From the NCBI GenBank assembly GCA_020891255.1, contig BQFW01000003.1:124001-188000 (forward strand): 64,000 nucleotides of DNA, in the 5' to 3' direction. The notes beneath the pieces are model-generated. The model was not told the DNA's origin, searched no databases, and worked only from the letters and a program-made list of their open reading frames with translations. The translations under genes and the position numbers were made by a program. This document shows, piece by piece, positions 62,629 to 64,000 of the stretch. Source of the DNA: Entomortierella parvispora E1425 (Eukaryota; Fungi; Mortierellomycota). The number at the start of each line of letters is the position of its first letter. The first letter of the stretch is position 1.

Positions 62629-64000
62629 ATGGCTTCATCCTATAACCCCAGGGATCCTCTTGCCTCGGCCATCTCGACCCCGGACCAACAGTCACTCTCC
62701 CTCGCGTCTTCGACGTCTTCCTCCTCCGTCTCCTCCGTCTCCTCCTCCTTGACCCCGGCAGTACTAGACCCGATCGTATTTTCTCTTGACTGCAACGACA
62801 CGACCTTCCGTGCTAGTGAAACTCTACCTCTTTCTCCACGGTCCCCTCCCACGTCTGCGCACAGTCTGTCTCGGTCTAACCTAACCGGTATCCGAACCAT
62901 GGCGCCTAACCCCGCTGACACCGCTGACACCGAGACCGCATTGCCACGAGCCCTTTTCGGCGAAGCTGTCTCTTCCTCGTCCCTATCTTCTCCTGCTTCT
63001 TCACTCCCTCTCTCTACTTTTCCGTCAGCGTCGATTGCGCCGACCTCGGACCCTACTTCCAGAACGACGCTCGTCCCCAGCACGGTCGCACAGTCGCATG
63101 ATGAAGGAGAGCGCCCTGTCCACTTTGGACAGGGGCTACCAACAGCATCATCGACCACAAGAACAACAGCGACAACAACAAAAACAAACAACACGGGGCA
63201 TGACCCCCCGGACCACGAGCAACACCAGCACTGGCCATCGCAGGTGGACGGGCCCTCCGAGCACTTTCCTGACCAAGAAGAACAAGAGCAGGACCTTCAC
63301 TCTCAATTTCAGCTTCAGGCTTACATTGAAGATCTTGAACAGGAAGAGGCTGCTATCGAGGACTCACTCCAGGTCGAGGCTGCCGTCCAGGCGTCCTTGA
63401 TCCAACTTGACAACAACCCTGCTCACGACCACCATCACTTGCCAACATGGTCTACCTCCGTCTTTGATCAACAGAACCTGGCCGAAGACGTCAACATGCT
63501 GGCCCATATGAGCAGCCAACTTCATTTGACAGGACACGGAGGTCATGATACCAACCTCACGCAGGCGCTTTTAAACACTGCAGTGAACAGTAGTGAAGCA
63601 GGAGGAGGAGGAGGGGGTCTCTTAAGAGACATTGCAGGGGGTTTCGATGACGACGAATACAACGACGATGACGATGATGAAGAGTGCCCTCCCCCGAGCG
63701 AGACAAAGTACTTTTTCTACGATGACCCTGTTCCGCCTGTTGGAATTGCAGAGGCTGTGGCAGAGCTCAATGGCGATCTGATGGATGTGCTGTGGAAGGT
63801 GAACGAGGCTGCTCGCGATGGGTTTGCAGCTGTAGATCGGTACTACTGGGAAAGCAGCAGCGCCCTTGAGATGGCAGGAACAAGTCCTCCCGACGTGGGA
63901 ACACAGGGGGGAGAAGAGTCTGTGTTCAGTCAGATTCAACAAGACTATCTCTACCGGGAAAAGTTGAAGGCAAAAAAGGAGCCTCCCACTGCTGCAGCGA
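62629..64000 (+). CDS. Hypothetical protein, 5' part (open to the window end; Ser-rich then acidic)
   Basis: Frame open from ATG 62629 (MASSYNPRDPL...) to the end of the window, over 450 codons without a stop; absent from the ORF track because the stop is outside the window. Confidence 0.75.
   Translation, partial: MASSYNPRDPLASAISTPDQQSLSLASSTSSSSVSSVSSSLTPAVLDPIVFSLDCNDTTFRASETLPLSPRSPPTSAHSLSRSNLTGIRTMAPNPADTADTETALPRALFGEAVSSSSLSSPASSLPLSTFPSASIAPTSDPTSRTTLVPSTVAQSHDEGERPVHFGQGLPTASSTTRTTATTTKTNNTGHDPPDHEQHQHWPSQVDGPSEHFPDQEEQEQDLHSQFQLQAYIEDLEQEEAAIEDSLQVEAAVQASLIQLDNNPAHDHHHLPTWSTSVFDQQNLAEDVNMLAHMSSQLHLTGHGGHDTNLTQALLNTAVNSSEAGGGGGGLLRDIAGGFDDDEYNDDDDDEECPPPSETKYFFYDDPVPPVGIAEAVAELNGDLMDVLWKVNEAARDGFAAVDRYYWESSSALEMAGTSPPDVGTQGGEESVFSQIQQDYLYREKLKAKKEPPTAAA

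Noticed and set aside
61443-62645. 400-aa and 199-aa plus-strand ORFs
   Set aside because: Low-complexity translations of CT/CA/CATT repeats and an A-run; the credible coding frame starts at 62629.
1-64000. Minor (U12) or GC-AG introns, snRNA/rRNA genes and transposon ORFs
   Set aside because: All junctions parsed were U2-type GT-AG with no TATCCTT donor. No U1/U2/U6 or rRNA signature and no transposase or reverse transcriptase motif was recognised. The scan was by eye.

Overview
Gene-dense, intron-rich fungal genomic DNA. The F-box/LRR and Sel1-repeat gene types and the intron style suggest an early-diverging fungus, probably Mortierellaceae (inference). I parsed about 21 protein-coding loci by hand using GT-AG junctions and frame continuity. 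Ten are nuclear chromatin or RNA-processing genes: RCC1 (partial), SWI1/ARID1, PRP24/SART3, SERRATE/Ars2, mRNA guanylyltransferase, ALB1, a Mi-2/Mit1-type CHD remodeler, PRP38, RRN7/TAF1B and JMJD6. Others are prenylcysteine oxidase, a VTC polyphosphate polymerase subunit, an APD1-like ferredoxin and a Reg1-like protein. Accessory-type genes sit between them: a 28-repeat Sel1 protein with a recently homogenised 108-bp repeat block, an F-box/LRR gene with an N-terminal exon missed by the ORF track, a stand-alone UBASH3-like 2H phosphoesterase and two small secreted proteins. Three microexons (8, 11 and 12 nt), a candidate poison exon in PRP38 and a TCACGTG E-box about 90-115 nt upstream of five start codons were also seen. 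No rRNA, tRNA, CRISPR array or intact transposon was found. All family assignments come from motif recognition from memory, not database searches.
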